64,000 bases of DNA from Promethearchaeota archaeon (GTDB lineage Archaea; Asgardarchaeota; Thorarchaeia; Thorarchaeales; Thorarchaeaceae), in NCBI GenBank assembly GCA_048939765.1, contig JBHLPF010000003.1:45936-109935 (forward strand). Reading direction: 5' to 3'. The position numbers and the translations under genes are program-made. Each line of letters begins with the position of its first letter. Position 1 is the first letter of the stretch. Below the pieces are notes generated by a model. That model did not search any database and had not been told where the DNA came from. It was given only the letters and a program-made list of their open reading frames with translations. Below, piece after piece: positions 1 through 9,693 of the stretch.

Positions 1-33
1 TTCAAAGAGTTTGCTTCCCATCAACATCCCTCT

Positions 34-531
34 TCAGGGCCAAGGCAATCCTATCCAATCAAGTATTGGCTCCAGAATCGATTCGTGATAAACCGCGATC
101 CCTCCCAATGCAGCGATTATGATTATCAATACTCCAGCAACAACTAAGCCTATCCCATAAGTGAGAAAACCTGAGGTCTTGTCCCACACTCTATCGCCAA
201 GTCTGGTTCGAAGAATAACTAGGAAGATATAGATCTCTGTTGCCACAATTGACCAGAGAATCTTGAATCTCATATAGGGGTCAATTATCAGTGCAACCAT
301 TGGCCAATCCAAGAAGCCTGTCGCCATCCCTACGAAGAGGCCGATGAGTGTTATTATGCTTCCCCAATAGATGAAGACATCAAACTCATGAAAGATCCTT
401 GCCATTCTTGTCCCGGGGGTTCTTATGCCATCTCGAAACACTAGCCTGAATACGATATTGAGCAATGCAATAACCGCTACAGCTGCTCCTATGCCGGTAT
501 GAAAGTGTACAAAGACTGGATGTAGTGCCAT
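34..531 (-). CDS. DUF2231-like membrane protein (possible heme b-binding)
   Basis: N-terminal LHPVFVHF motif, ~4 TM helices, C-terminal GGIAVY; ATG at 531 follows GAGGGTGA SD. Confidence 0.6.
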   Translation of the reverse strand: MALHPVFVHFHTGIGAAVAVIALLNIVFRLVFRDGIRTPGTRMARIFHEFDVFIYWGSIITLIGLFVGMATGFLDWPMVALIIDPYMRFKILWSIVATEIYIFLVILRTRLGDRVWDKTSGFLTYGIGLVVAGVLIIIIAALGGIAVYHESILEPILDWIGLPWP

Positions 532-543
532 GATAATCACCCT

Positions 544-1185
544 CTAGGTTCGGGCCCTCCTCAAAACAAACAAGCCTAAGATGGCAAGCACCACTGCCGA
601 AGCTGGAGTTATGGTGTACATCATCAGCTCCCATATGGCAATAAGCTCCTCCTGAGATGGTGTCGTTGGAGGGGGTGTTGTTGTAGTCGGCGGTGTGCTT
701 GTTGGGGGACTTGTTGTGGCAGTGTTCTCTGCCACATCGACATTTATGTCAACACTCCGGCCTACTCCTCCAGTTTCAGCAGACCAAATTCTGATTACGA
801 AGGATCCTACCGTCCGAGGTGTAAATGTGATTGACGCTTGGATCTCTCCTACGTTTCCATTTGCATCCTCAGCATCTCCATCCCAGACTACATCGTCAGA
901 GATTGTGAACTCCCCATTGTCAGCAACTCCGTCTTTAATGCTGATTGCGATATGTTCTGTACTATCGCTTGCGTCTATGATGAGCAGGAATGATACTCCC
1001 CTAGTTGCTTCAATCGTCCCAGTCGCATTCGTTGAAAGTGTAGTACCCACGGTTGTATGGCATCCCGCTTGTAGAGCGCAATTAGGATTGTAATCCGGTA
1101 TAGCGAAAGAACTGCTCGCCAAGATAAACACTGAGATGACCAGGGTCGCTATAACCAAGGTCATTCTGCGATGCTGCTTCTTCAT
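544..1185 (-). CDS. exported, C-terminally anchored protein with Cx5CH motif and Ig/Reeler-like domain (putative atypical c-type cytochrome)
   Basis: signal peptide MKKQHRRMTLVIATLVISVFILASSSFA, motif CALQAGCH, beta-rich domain, Thr/Pro linker, C-terminal TM; alternative start 1251. Confidence 0.55.
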   Translation of the reverse strand: MKKQHRRMTLVIATLVISVFILASSSFAIPDYNPNCALQAGCHTTVGTTLSTNATGTIEATRGVSFLLIIDASDSTEHIAISIKDGVADNGEFTISDDVVWDGDAEDANGNVGEIQASITFTPRTVGSFVIRIWSAETGGVGRSVDINVDVAENTATTSPPTSTPPTTTTPPPTTPSQEELIAIWELMMYTITPASAVVLAILGLFVLRRART

Positions 1186-1279
1186 CTGGTTGTCTCCATT
1201 GGTTCTGAACAAGGCTCTATATCGAGTTCGTTCGTCGTTGGCCAAGGCCATGGTTTCAATCCGGAACCACGCAACGCCA

Positions 1280-1293
1280 TTTTAAGCATATCG
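1280..1293 (-). promoter_or_regulatory. BRE-TATA promoter element (CGATATGCTTAAAA)
   Basis: near-identical element recurs at 53661-53674, with similar ones at 44726-44739, 49079-49092 and 58949-58962, each upstream of a - strand gene. Confidence 0.55.
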
Positions 1294-1408
1294 GAAGCTT
1301 ACATTGTAGGTTTCGAAAGCCGCCTGTTACGTCCTGAGACTTAACTCCTATCGAGAGGTACAATACGTAAGTAATTCGAGTATCATCCACATTTTGGCTC
1401 TACAAGAG

Positions 1409-3115
1409 TTACCGATTGAGAATCCTATCAAGAACTCTCAACAAGGGAATTCCCACGGCCAGGGCCTGATTTATCGTCATCAGCTTAATGACTAATAGAC
1501 CTAACGCTCCGCCCACGAACGATAGCATCCAGATCAGTTGCACTTGAATAGCCGGGATTGGAAACGAAAAAACAAGGTTCACAGCCCATTCGAGTCCCAG
1601 GATCTGGGGGCCAAAGTAAAGCATGACGAATGCAAGAACGAAGCCCAAACCGAAGCCAAAGACCTGCGAATGCCATGCAGTTTGGGCTCGCCCTCCAAAG
1701 ACTTTCAGCGGATTCATCATATTATTGGGATCAATCTCTTTCTTCAGCTGTGACAGCTTCGCAATCTTCTCTTCACCGTAGAACTCTTTTGAGTGTCTGG
1801 TATTCCAGAGTGCTACCGCATAGGGATGTCCTTCATACTTTCCAGCCAAAGCAGCAATGTCAAAAGATCGGTGCCACCCTATTGTGTGCCTGATTTTCTT
1901 TCTCTCATCGTCAAGAATCCACACTAGGTAGGATGCCACTCCATCAGCGCCGATAGTTCCTTCAACGGCGAATTTCGAACTACCTAACTTGTTCAAGGTG
2001 TTTCGGTGAAGCTCAGGGAGGCGATCCACAGGAGTCGTGACCTCAGCTGGAATCAAACTAGGTCCTTGTCTCTTGAATCTCAATGGATACAATCTTTCAT
2101 CCCAATAGAAGTCTGCACGCTTCTCATCCAACATTATTCCATTATTCGCACTGACGAACTTCTCGATTGCTTCAATTCCATCATCATTATCATAGATGGT
2201 TCCATGTAGTGCTCCGGCGAGTACGAATTTATTCCATTCAGCGGGGAAGCCAATCAAGGTCACTAATTTAGAGGTGTGATTGCTGTCAAGATATCTTAGA
2301 TGATAAGGCAATGCGCCGTCTATCATGAGCTGAGCAGCTTTGGCGAGGTCCTCTATTGAGTCGAATGAGCATGCAAATGGACGAAGTTGGAGTTTGGGAA
2401 TGGTTCGAAGTGTGACCTTGGTAATAATGCCAAGAGTTCCATAGGTTTTGGAGAGTACTTCATTGAGTCTGATTTTGCCACCTGCTTTCTCAGAGAGCCA
2501 AGCAGTCCCTTCAGCTGCTTCATCCTGCAAATCATCAGACTGAGGTCCTAGGACTACTTCGCCAACTCGGACAATTTTGCCATTAGCCAGAACTGCTTCA
2601 ATTCCAACCACTTGATCACCAATCTCACCATGCTTGGCTGATCCAATGCCGAAACCCCCACTGGCTACGAAACCTCCAACTGTTGCCGCTGTTGCGCTTG
2701 ACGGATAGATCGGCAAAGTGGTGCCCATTCGCTCAAGAATCATCAGCAATTCCCGCCAGGTGATTCCTGCCTCAACCGTAACCGTGCAGGCATAGTCATC
2801 AAGATGTACAATCTTATTCATCTGCGTGAGACTCACGCAAAGTCCTCTCTTGACAGGAATAGAGCCTCCCCAGCCTGATGTTCCATTTCCCCTCGGAACA
2901 ATTGGCAGGTGATTCCTGCTTGCGTAGCGGAGAAGTAATTGCAGCGATTTCACTGTGACTGGTTGAGCGACTAAATCGAATTCATTCTTGATAATCTGAC
3001 TGGCTAGTGCTGGCAAATTGGCTGCATCTTCAGAGTATATGCGGCAGGTTTCACTGTCTGCAGTAATATTATCAGCTCCCACGATGTCCTCCAATTCCTG
3101 TGGCACGACCTTCAT
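1409..3115 (-). CDS. FAD-binding oxidoreductase (VAO/GlcD/D-lactate dehydrogenase-like) with C-terminal TM hairpin
   Basis: PRGNGTSGWGG, VEAGI, PSSATAATVGG, GTLGIITKVTL, DPNNMMNP motifs; two hydrophobic helices at C-terminus. Confidence 0.85.
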   Translation of the reverse strand: MKVVPQELEDIVGADNITADSETCRIYSEDAANLPALASQIIKNEFDLVAQPVTVKSLQLLLRYASRNHLPIVPRGNGTSGWGGSIPVKRGLCVSLTQMNKIVHLDDYACTVTVEAGITWRELLMILERMGTTLPIYPSSATAATVGGFVASGGFGIGSAKHGEIGDQVVGIEAVLANGKIVRVGEVVLGPQSDDLQDEAAEGTAWLSEKAGGKIRLNEVLSKTYGTLGIITKVTLRTIPKLQLRPFACSFDSIEDLAKAAQLMIDGALPYHLRYLDSNHTSKLVTLIGFPAEWNKFVLAGALHGTIYDNDDGIEAIEKFVSANNGIMLDEKRADFYWDERLYPLRFKRQGPSLIPAEVTTPVDRLPELHRNTLNKLGSSKFAVEGTIGADGVASYLVWILDDERKKIRHTIGWHRSFDIAALAGKYEGHPYAVALWNTRHSKEFYGEEKIAKLSQLKKEIDPNNMMNPLKVFGGRAQTAWHSQVFGFGLGFVLAFVMLYFGPQILGLEWAVNLVFSFPIPAIQVQLIWMLSFVGGALGLLVIKLMTINQALAVGIPLLRVLDRILNR

Positions 3116-3117
3116 TG

Positions 3118-4314
3118 CTACTCGCCTCCTTTCTCATACCCCGAACGCAATGAATTTGCCACCAGCTGTGTAATGTCTAGAATTTGAATGCTATAACCTA
3201 GGGTAATTGTTGCTAGATCGAATGCCATTTCACATCTGGGGCATTCTGTCACAAGTAGCGATGCTGGAGTGACGGATGCATCCCTCAATCGCATCTCCGC
3301 AATCTGTGCGGACAAGTGTGGATCAATCATATTCAGAAGGGCATGCGATCCGCAACATCTGGTGTCTTCCTCAGAAGGGACCATTTCGACTCGATAGATT
3401 CCAGGAATCCTCTCTATCACGTTCCTAGGTTCTTTTGAAACACCGAGGACCCTAGCTGAAATGCAAGGATCGTGATAGGTGGCAGTAATCATAGGCTGCT
3501 CTTCGAAAGAAAGACGCCCTTTCTCGATGAGCTGGTTAAGGAACTGTGAAGCAGTTAGGAGCTCCATCTTTCTCACAGCTGAAGTTCCTGAGCTCTTATG
3601 CATCGAACTAATCCAGGTGCTAGCACACGATGGACAACTAAACACTACTTTCCTTACGCCGAGATCAGCAAGGGCTTGCGCATTCTTCTCAACCATGGTT
3701 GGAGTTCCTTCGGGTTCTCCAGCCCAAAGCAGAGGAGCTCCACAACATGATTCGTTCTCTCCGAGAAGAGTATATTCGACTCCTGCATGTTCCATGATTC
3801 TTATCATCGACTTGGCTACGGCATGGAGCTGGTGCTTCAGTGATACATTACATCCAAGAAAGTATGCGACATCTGCTTTTGCATTGATTCTCGGCTCAAC
3901 AATGTCCTCAATGCCCTCTGCCCACAGCATTCTGTTGGATTTGCCTATGGAAAATGGGTCGCCAGTTTTCTTGATTGACTCGCTGGCAAACTTGACTGGT
4001 GGTGGAGTAAGGTCTCTTTCTTTTGCCTCCTCGCGCATTAGTTCCCAGAACCTATCGAGCCTGATACTAGTTGTACAGACAGTCGTGCAATGTTCGCACA
4101 GTGTGCAGAGGAAGAGCTTCCTCGTAAAATCTGGATTGAACTCGGCTTCCTTTTCTAAAATCGATTTTGTAATGCTTAGTTTTCCTCTAGGGCCGTATGG
4201 TTCCCATCTCATCTGGCGAAACACTGGACATACGAGTGTGCAATTACCACAAGATGCACAGACGTACGGGTCGTTCTTCTGCCCGCTTTGTTCAATCGGC
4301 CCAGCTCTAGTCAT
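3118..4314 (-). CDS. HdrD/GlcF-like Fe-S protein (2x[4Fe-4S] + 2 CCG domains)
   Basis: CASCGNCTLVCP, CTLCEHCTTVC, SCCG, YHDPC, RCCG, ECPRC; start probably MTRAG at 4314 (track start 4398). Confidence 0.88.
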   Translation of the reverse strand: MTRAGPIEQSGQKNDPYVCASCGNCTLVCPVFRQMRWEPYGPRGKLSITKSILEKEAEFNPDFTRKLFLCTLCEHCTTVCTTSIRLDRFWELMREEAKERDLTPPPVKFASESIKKTGDPFSIGKSNRMLWAEGIEDIVEPRINAKADVAYFLGCNVSLKHQLHAVAKSMIRIMEHAGVEYTLLGENESCCGAPLLWAGEPEGTPTMVEKNAQALADLGVRKVVFSCPSCASTWISSMHKSSGTSAVRKMELLTASQFLNQLIEKGRLSFEEQPMITATYHDPCISARVLGVSKEPRNVIERIPGIYRVEMVPSEEDTRCCGSHALLNMIDPHLSAQIAEMRLRDASVTPASLLVTECPRCEMAFDLATITLGYSIQILDITQLVANSLRSGYEKGGE

Positions 4315-4373
4315 TCCAAAGGAATGTCCATTATCTCGCCTTAAGACTGTTAGGCTAGGTTCAAAAATGAAAG

Positions 4374-4409
4374 GACACCGGAGCACACATACAGGCACTC
4401 CGGATTGTC
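4374..4409. other. intercistronic stem-loop
   Basis: GACA-CCGGAG ... CTCCGG-AT-TGTC inverted repeat directly downstream of the 4417 stop. Confidence 0.35.
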
Positions 4410-4416
4410 TATAAAA

Positions 4417-5748
4417 CTAGGACAGGTCCTGAATCATCTCGCCAGCGCAGGCAATTCCGGACCTAGAAGCCGCTTCCATGCTGGCATAGTATATTCCACA
4501 GTTGGCAAATGACCCAGCAACATAGAGTCCTTCGACCCCGGTCCTATTCGTCTTGAGTCGGTCCTCCAAGATGCCAGGGGGCTGAGAAAGGACTGACCGC
4601 CAAATCTTCCAGCTCTTCTTCCAGGTGACCTTCTCTTCGACCCCAGGGATGAGTTCTTTGAGTTCACTGAGGATTTCATCGGTCGCTTCCTCATCACTCA
4701 TCTTCAGCAGTTCTTTATCGATACTGGTGACAGTCAATAGTGATTCGCCAATAGGAGCGAGGACTCCAGAGACCCGTTTCGCCTCAGCTACAATGTTGAT
4801 CTTCCTGCCAGGTACAAAGGCACCAACATTGAAGTCAAGCACACGAGATGAAAGGCCGAAGTAGGCTACGGTTGATGGAGCATAAGTGAATTTACCAACA
4901 GCCTTGCCAAAATCGGCCGGTAGCTTGTTCATGTTCACAAGATTCGGAAGAAGGTCTATTGGTGTGGTCACCACGACTGCATCGGTATCAACGTGCTGAT
5001 CCTTGCCATCTTGCTCGTAGTCGACTCCTTGAACCTTGCCGTCCTCAATAATGATTTGCTTGACCGTGGAGTTCACCTTTGGTTCTACCGCAAAGTTGCG
5101 TGCTTGAAGCATGAGCGTGTATGGGACACTCCCCAGTCCTCCTCGCTCAGGATACATCGCCTTGAATCCATCCTCATATGCGAACCTCTGCTTCTCAGAG
5201 TATAGATACTGACCAGCAGAAACCTCGTCCGGAGTCATAAAGGTCACAGTTCTTATCAGTGGATCATAGAAGTCCTCTTGGATGGACTCAGCTATGCCCT
5301 TTTCATCTGCATATTGAGAAAAGGTCATCTTATCTAGTTCAAGGAATTCTTCGTCAGGTCTGTTCATACTCTCTTGGACAAGCAAACCCAGACGTGCCCT
5401 ATCAGCAACAGGCAATAATCCGAACTTGGCGAGGTCCACCGCAGACTTGCGGACAATGTGTCTGTCTCCGCTCTTGAGCCAGACAGCTCCCTCTCCAACC
5501 GTGGTCATTCTGATTCCACTTCGTTCGAGAATTGGAATCAGTGATTTGAAACCACCAACAAAGAAGTGGAGGCCCTGATCAAACACGTAGCCAGATTCGG
5601 TGAAGGATCTGGCTCGTCCGCCCACAGTCTTCTCTTTCTCTAGGATTGTACATCGCGCCTTAAGCCCCTTAAGCTCCAGAGCACAGCTGAATCCAGCAAT
5701 GCCCGCGCCTACAACCACAACCCTTGTCCCCTTTCTTGATTCGCTCAT
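4417..5748 (-). CDS. FAD-dependent oxidoreductase, flavin amine oxidase / phytoene desaturase / protoporphyrinogen oxidase superfamily
   Basis: VVVGAGIAG, EKEKTVGGRARS, FDQGLH, GLYVAGS, SMEAASRSG motifs. Confidence 0.85.
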   Translation of the reverse strand: MSESRKGTRVVVVGAGIAGFSCALELKGLKARCTILEKEKTVGGRARSFTESGYVFDQGLHFFVGGFKSLIPILERSGIRMTTVGEGAVWLKSGDRHIVRKSAVDLAKFGLLPVADRARLGLLVQESMNRPDEEFLELDKMTFSQYADEKGIAESIQEDFYDPLIRTVTFMTPDEVSAGQYLYSEKQRFAYEDGFKAMYPERGGLGSVPYTLMLQARNFAVEPKVNSTVKQIIIEDGKVQGVDYEQDGKDQHVDTDAVVVTTPIDLLPNLVNMNKLPADFGKAVGKFTYAPSTVAYFGLSSRVLDFNVGAFVPGRKINIVAEAKRVSGVLAPIGESLLTVTSIDKELLKMSDEEATDEILSELKELIPGVEEKVTWKKSWKIWRSVLSQPPGILEDRLKTNRTGVEGLYVAGSFANCGIYYASMEAASRSGIACAGEMIQDLS

Positions 5749-5755
5749 TTGGTTC

Positions 5756-6880
5756 TCACTCCTCTACAAGAGATGACTGTGCAAGATCCAAGATTAACTC
5801 GTCTAGCTGAATTACTTCCAAGTCTGTTTCACGTGCACAGTAGCTCAAGTTCTTATAACATGATATGCATGTAGTAATCATTCCATCGACACCTAGCTCA
5901 ACGGCTTCATTAACCCTTCTCTTCCCAACATCTTCAGACAATTGCGGGTCTAGGACCGTGAGGAATCCGCCACAGCAATTTGCGTTCTCTTTATTATTAA
6001 GCAGCTCTACGAACTCTAGATTCGGAATTGCTCTGATGATCTCTCTTGGTTGCTCATATATGCCAAGTGCCCTTCCAAGATGACAGCTGTCATGAAATGT
6101 ATAGCTTCCTTCTTTCCCCTTGAAAGTCAAGACACCATTTCGCACCATATTTGAAAGAACATCGACAGTATGGTGTATCTGAACATCGAATTCCGGAATG
6201 ACTTGCGCATAGTGTTCAGCTAGTGTTCCATAGCATCCTCCACAGCCTGTAACGATATGTTGGATGCCTGCTTTCTTGAACATCTCATAGTTCTCGCGAG
6301 CTATTTTCTCAAAGCCAGCATCGTCACCAGCCCAGTATGACATGAGACCGCAGCAGACCTCACTGGGAACATACCCTGCGTCGACCTTCAGTTTCTGCAA
6401 CATATCTACAACCATCTCAGGTTGATCTGGAAACCAGAAGCTACCCATACAACCACTGAAGATGGCTGTATTGGATTTCTCGGGCAATTCCAAGTCTTCA
6501 GCCCAGATGGTTCGGTCATCGGATTCGTATCCTATGAATGGCGTTCCTTCCTTGTCAAGCCAATCAATGACTTTCACGAGACTCTCTGACATTTCTCCTC
6601 CAGTCTTGAGGAGATTGGCCTTAGCTTCATGCCATATGTGAGTCACAGGCACTCCAGCTGGACAAATAGCTTCGCACCTTCTGCAATCAGCGCAATATAG
6701 CCTCTGCAGCAATTCCTGAGGGGGATTTCTCATTTTTTCTCTATATGCCCTAAGTGCTCTGATCTTTCCTCCCGGACTGTCGAGTTCAGAGCCCAACTCA
6801 ATATACATTGGGCATGTATCGCGACAATAGTTGCAGGACCCACAGTGGCGCATAGTTTCCTTGTCTATGTCAACTCTCAT
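5756..6880 (-). CDS. HdrD/GlcF-like Fe-S protein (2x[4Fe-4S] + 2 CCG domains)
   Basis: CGSCNYCRDTCP, CADCRRCEAICP, VCCG, FHDSCHLGR, NCCGG, TCISC. Confidence 0.88.
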   Translation of the reverse strand: MRVDIDKETMRHCGSCNYCRDTCPMYIELGSELDSPGGKIRALRAYREKMRNPPQELLQRLYCADCRRCEAICPAGVPVTHIWHEAKANLLKTGGEMSESLVKVIDWLDKEGTPFIGYESDDRTIWAEDLELPEKSNTAIFSGCMGSFWFPDQPEMVVDMLQKLKVDAGYVPSEVCCGLMSYWAGDDAGFEKIARENYEMFKKAGIQHIVTGCGGCYGTLAEHYAQVIPEFDVQIHHTVDVLSNMVRNGVLTFKGKEGSYTFHDSCHLGRALGIYEQPREIIRAIPNLEFVELLNNKENANCCGGFLTVLDPQLSEDVGKRRVNEAVELGVDGMITTCISCYKNLSYCARETDLEVIQLDELILDLAQSSLVEE

Positions 6881-6892
6881 TGTCTTCTCACC

Positions 6893-8353
6893 TCATCTCC
6901 CCACATATCTTGATAGGCGCCTTATTCCAGCGGCCATTAGGAACAACACATTCATCCTGAAGTATGACGTCATGCATGAGGTCACACGGTCTGGATTCAT
7001 TATATTGCTCCGATCCCACTTTTCTTTTGCTGCCTTCATTAATTCTAATCTCTCTGGATATGCACGCTTCATATAGATTGAATTCTGAAGGCCAATCGTG
7101 TAAGGCCCACCGCCAAGCGAAATAGCCTTCTTCACCATTTTATGCAATATGCCTTTGCTGCTTATGAACTTGAGATACTGGTCGGGATTCAGCATTGCCA
7201 TCAATTCAGCTCTAACCTTTCCTTGACTTCCGAGCATTGCGAACCAGATTGCAGGCACCTTGTGTGATTTCTTGTAGGACTCATACCTGTTGAGTAGGTC
7301 ATAGAGCTTGTCTACCTCAAGTGAAACCTCCTGAAACATCAAGGTGTCACAGTGCTCCTTGGGGTTGAACTCGCTGTCATAACGTAGACTCCAATCATGA
7401 GCTGCATATTCAACACCAAGTTCCATTCCTCCATTGTCTGCAATTGTCCTCTTGAGTTCATCTATTGGGACACTTTCCGGCTGATTGGGATAGACCGCTG
7501 TCAGGACATAATTGCCCTTCTCTAGTGGATTGCTGTAGCTCTGGAAGTCCTTGTCTGCAATCTTGAGATGGATCGGTTTCTGATCAATAGCAGCAATTTG
7601 CCGCATTGCATTGCACACATGCTCCAGGTGGTCAAATCCGTAGCTGAACGGAATGAAATCATCGGGCTTATCATGGATTCTCATTTTCACCTCTGTGATG
7701 ACTCCAAGTATGCCATAAGACCCAAAGAATAGTCCTATCTCATCGCCACTGATTGTGACCAATTCGCCATCAGCATTCACGACCGTCAATTCAAGGATAT
7801 TCTCGATCAGAGCTCCGTAGTAGGGAGTGCCAATGCCTGCTGTACCCCCGCATCCGATCCATCCAGCGATTACAGCTGATTTAGCGCTAGTTGGATAAAT
7901 GCCAATGGTCTTCCCTTGTTTTGCGAGCTCAACATCGAGTCTGTCGAAGGGAACCCCTGGTTCAAGTCTGACATAGCCTTCATCTGTATTGATTTCAAGG
8001 ATGGCATCCATCCGCTTGATGTCAAGAGATATCCCGCCGCGTGTTGGGCTCGATGACCCCAGGCAACTTGATGCACCGCCTCTTGGGATGACGGGAATAC
8101 CGTGAGCAGCCGCAGTTGTAACAACTTCCCTCACCTCATCCACATTCTCGACTCGTACAACATAGTCGACCAGATACTTCCCTTTCCAGCGGTAGTGGAA
8201 TTGTGGGAGGGCTGCAGGATCGCCGCTATACACTATCCTCTCCAACAGCATGTTCGAAACTCGATCCGGACTTACGGCTGCTGCAAGGTCTCGCATGACT
8301 TGGTCATCATATTTTGGAGTCTGGGTTTCCACTTGTTCTTCAGTCATAATCAT
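6893..8353 (-). CDS. FAD-binding oxidoreductase (VAO/GlcD-like)
   Basis: PRGGASSCLG, LEPGV, PTSAKSAVIAG, GSYGILGVITEV, DRSNIMNP; start taken at TGATG overlap 8353 (or 8347), since the longer track start overlaps the upstream gene. Confidence 0.85.
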   Translation of the reverse strand: MIMTEEQVETQTPKYDDQVMRDLAAAVSPDRVSNMLLERIVYSGDPAALPQFHYRWKGKYLVDYVVRVENVDEVREVVTTAAAHGIPVIPRGGASSCLGSSSPTRGGISLDIKRMDAILEINTDEGYVRLEPGVPFDRLDVELAKQGKTIGIYPTSAKSAVIAGWIGCGGTAGIGTPYYGALIENILELTVVNADGELVTISGDEIGLFFGSYGILGVITEVKMRIHDKPDDFIPFSYGFDHLEHVCNAMRQIAAIDQKPIHLKIADKDFQSYSNPLEKGNYVLTAVYPNQPESVPIDELKRTIADNGGMELGVEYAAHDWSLRYDSEFNPKEHCDTLMFQEVSLEVDKLYDLLNRYESYKKSHKVPAIWFAMLGSQGKVRAELMAMLNPDQYLKFISSKGILHKMVKKAISLGGGPYTIGLQNSIYMKRAYPERLELMKAAKEKWDRSNIMNPDRVTSCMTSYFRMNVLFLMAAGIRRLSRYVGR

Positions 8354-9549
8354 CACATCAAGAATCCAACCGCATTGAGATAGAATCCTGTCAGCCCGAG
8401 TACTGTCCACATCAATACTGTAGGTAGGCCGAGATTGCATGTTTTCCACCCAGCGATATGGGTGATGAGCGCTAGTGTTCCGAGTATCATGCTTAGTATT
8501 CCAACCCAGATATGCCAAGAGTGAATGAATAGCATCAGCTCAGCTGGGTTGATAAGATAGGATGGGTTCAAAGCAGTCCAAGCTCCAGGGTCTTCCTGAA
8601 ATAGCCAAAGCACGTTGATTAATGTGAGGAAGTAGGCTATTGTTAGCATATACCCGTGAAATCTGGTGAATCTCTCTTCATCATAGTATTCGAGTGCTGT
8701 GCCAAGATACGCTAGTATCAATGCTGGAGCACCCAAATAGAACCCATAGTGCAACTTCGGTAGCGGAATGGCCTGCACTGTGTATTGTAAGGGCGGATCA
8801 GTGAATACTTCTATTCCACCTACATCCCTCGCGACTATCCGAAACTCTACTGTAGTGCCAGCCGGATATCTTGGAATAGTTGCCTGATAGTATCCACCAA
8901 CTTGTGTCATTGTAATGTTGGTCCACTCAGTAGTTGTGTTTGCCCTATGTTGTAGCACTGCTGAAACAATACCTGCTTCCGAGCTTACATTCGCCGACAC
9001 AAGTACACTCTCATTATCGAACGGAGACGTTGGCTCAATAGTGAAGTCTGCTATCGATGGTCCTTCTCCCACATGAATCACATTCACAATGATTGTAGTT
9101 CCTACCGCATAGCCACCGTTACCTGCAGCCCATATCTCAAGGGTATATGAGCCCGCTATCGCAGGCGCAGTCAATGTATAGTTGACTTCCATCTCCAGAG
9201 GGTCTGAATCAAGGTCACCTGCTAAGTTATCACGAACCAATCCATCACTGGGAATATTGAAGAGGGCATTGCTCTCCAAATTCAAGGGGAACTTGATGAC
9301 TAGCGTAGTTGGCCCTGATGTTGCTGAAGCAGTGACAATAAACGAGAATTCCGCTCCTTCTTCAACATCTACCGAAGTGTCCGTGCTTACTGTCATTCCA
9401 GTCGCAGTAGTATGACATCCCGTATTATCGCAGGCTCCCTGTTGAGTCACATAGGCAACAGTAGCTTGAGACGCTATGACGAGGGCTATGGCAGCAGCTA
9501 ACACAACAATAATGGCATATCTTGATTTCCGCTTCACATCTGTCACCAT
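8353..9549 (-). CDS. membrane protein: Cx4CH motif + two Ig-like domains + C-terminal His-containing 4-TM (cytochrome b561-like) domain
   Basis: N-terminal signal/TM, CDNTGCH, beta-sandwich segments, TM His residues (LHYG, RFHGY, HSWHIW, ITHI). Confidence 0.6.
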   Translation of the reverse strand: MVTDVKRKSRYAIIVVLAAAIALVIASQATVAYVTQQGACDNTGCHTTATGMTVSTDTSVDVEEGAEFSFIVTASATSGPTTLVIKFPLNLESNALFNIPSDGLVRDNLAGDLDSDPLEMEVNYTLTAPAIAGSYTLEIWAAGNGGYAVGTTIIVNVIHVGEGPSIADFTIEPTSPFDNESVLVSANVSSEAGIVSAVLQHRANTTTEWTNITMTQVGGYYQATIPRYPAGTTVEFRIVARDVGGIEVFTDPPLQYTVQAIPLPKLHYGFYLGAPALILAYLGTALEYYDEERFTRFHGYMLTIAYFLTLINVLWLFQEDPGAWTALNPSYLINPAELMLFIHSWHIWVGILSMILGTLALITHIAGWKTCNLGLPTVLMWTVLGLTGFYLNAVGFLM

Positions 9550-9693
9550 AGGTTGTGCACTGATGCACAGCGGCAAGCTACCCAGTAAAAAACCTTACCG
9601 GATGTTATGTATCATCAGATTTGAGTTTCATGTTCGTTTTCGAAAGTTTTGCTGTGGAATCACTTTGAGTTACCATCTGCAACCGAAATCTAC

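Noticed and set aside
1-27. Possible start of a further - strand gene (MLMGSKLFE...) leaving the window
   Set aside because: Only 9 codons are visible, too little to call
3479-4414. 311-aa + strand ORF and the many other antisense ORFs in the track (e.g. 13400-14002, 57926-58681)
   Set aside because: Shadow ORFs opposite well-supported genes, with no recognisable motifs
8354-8518. Long N-terminal extension of the 6893 flavoprotein
   Set aside because: Overlaps the coding end of the upstream membrane protein; the TGATG coupling at 8353 gives a better start
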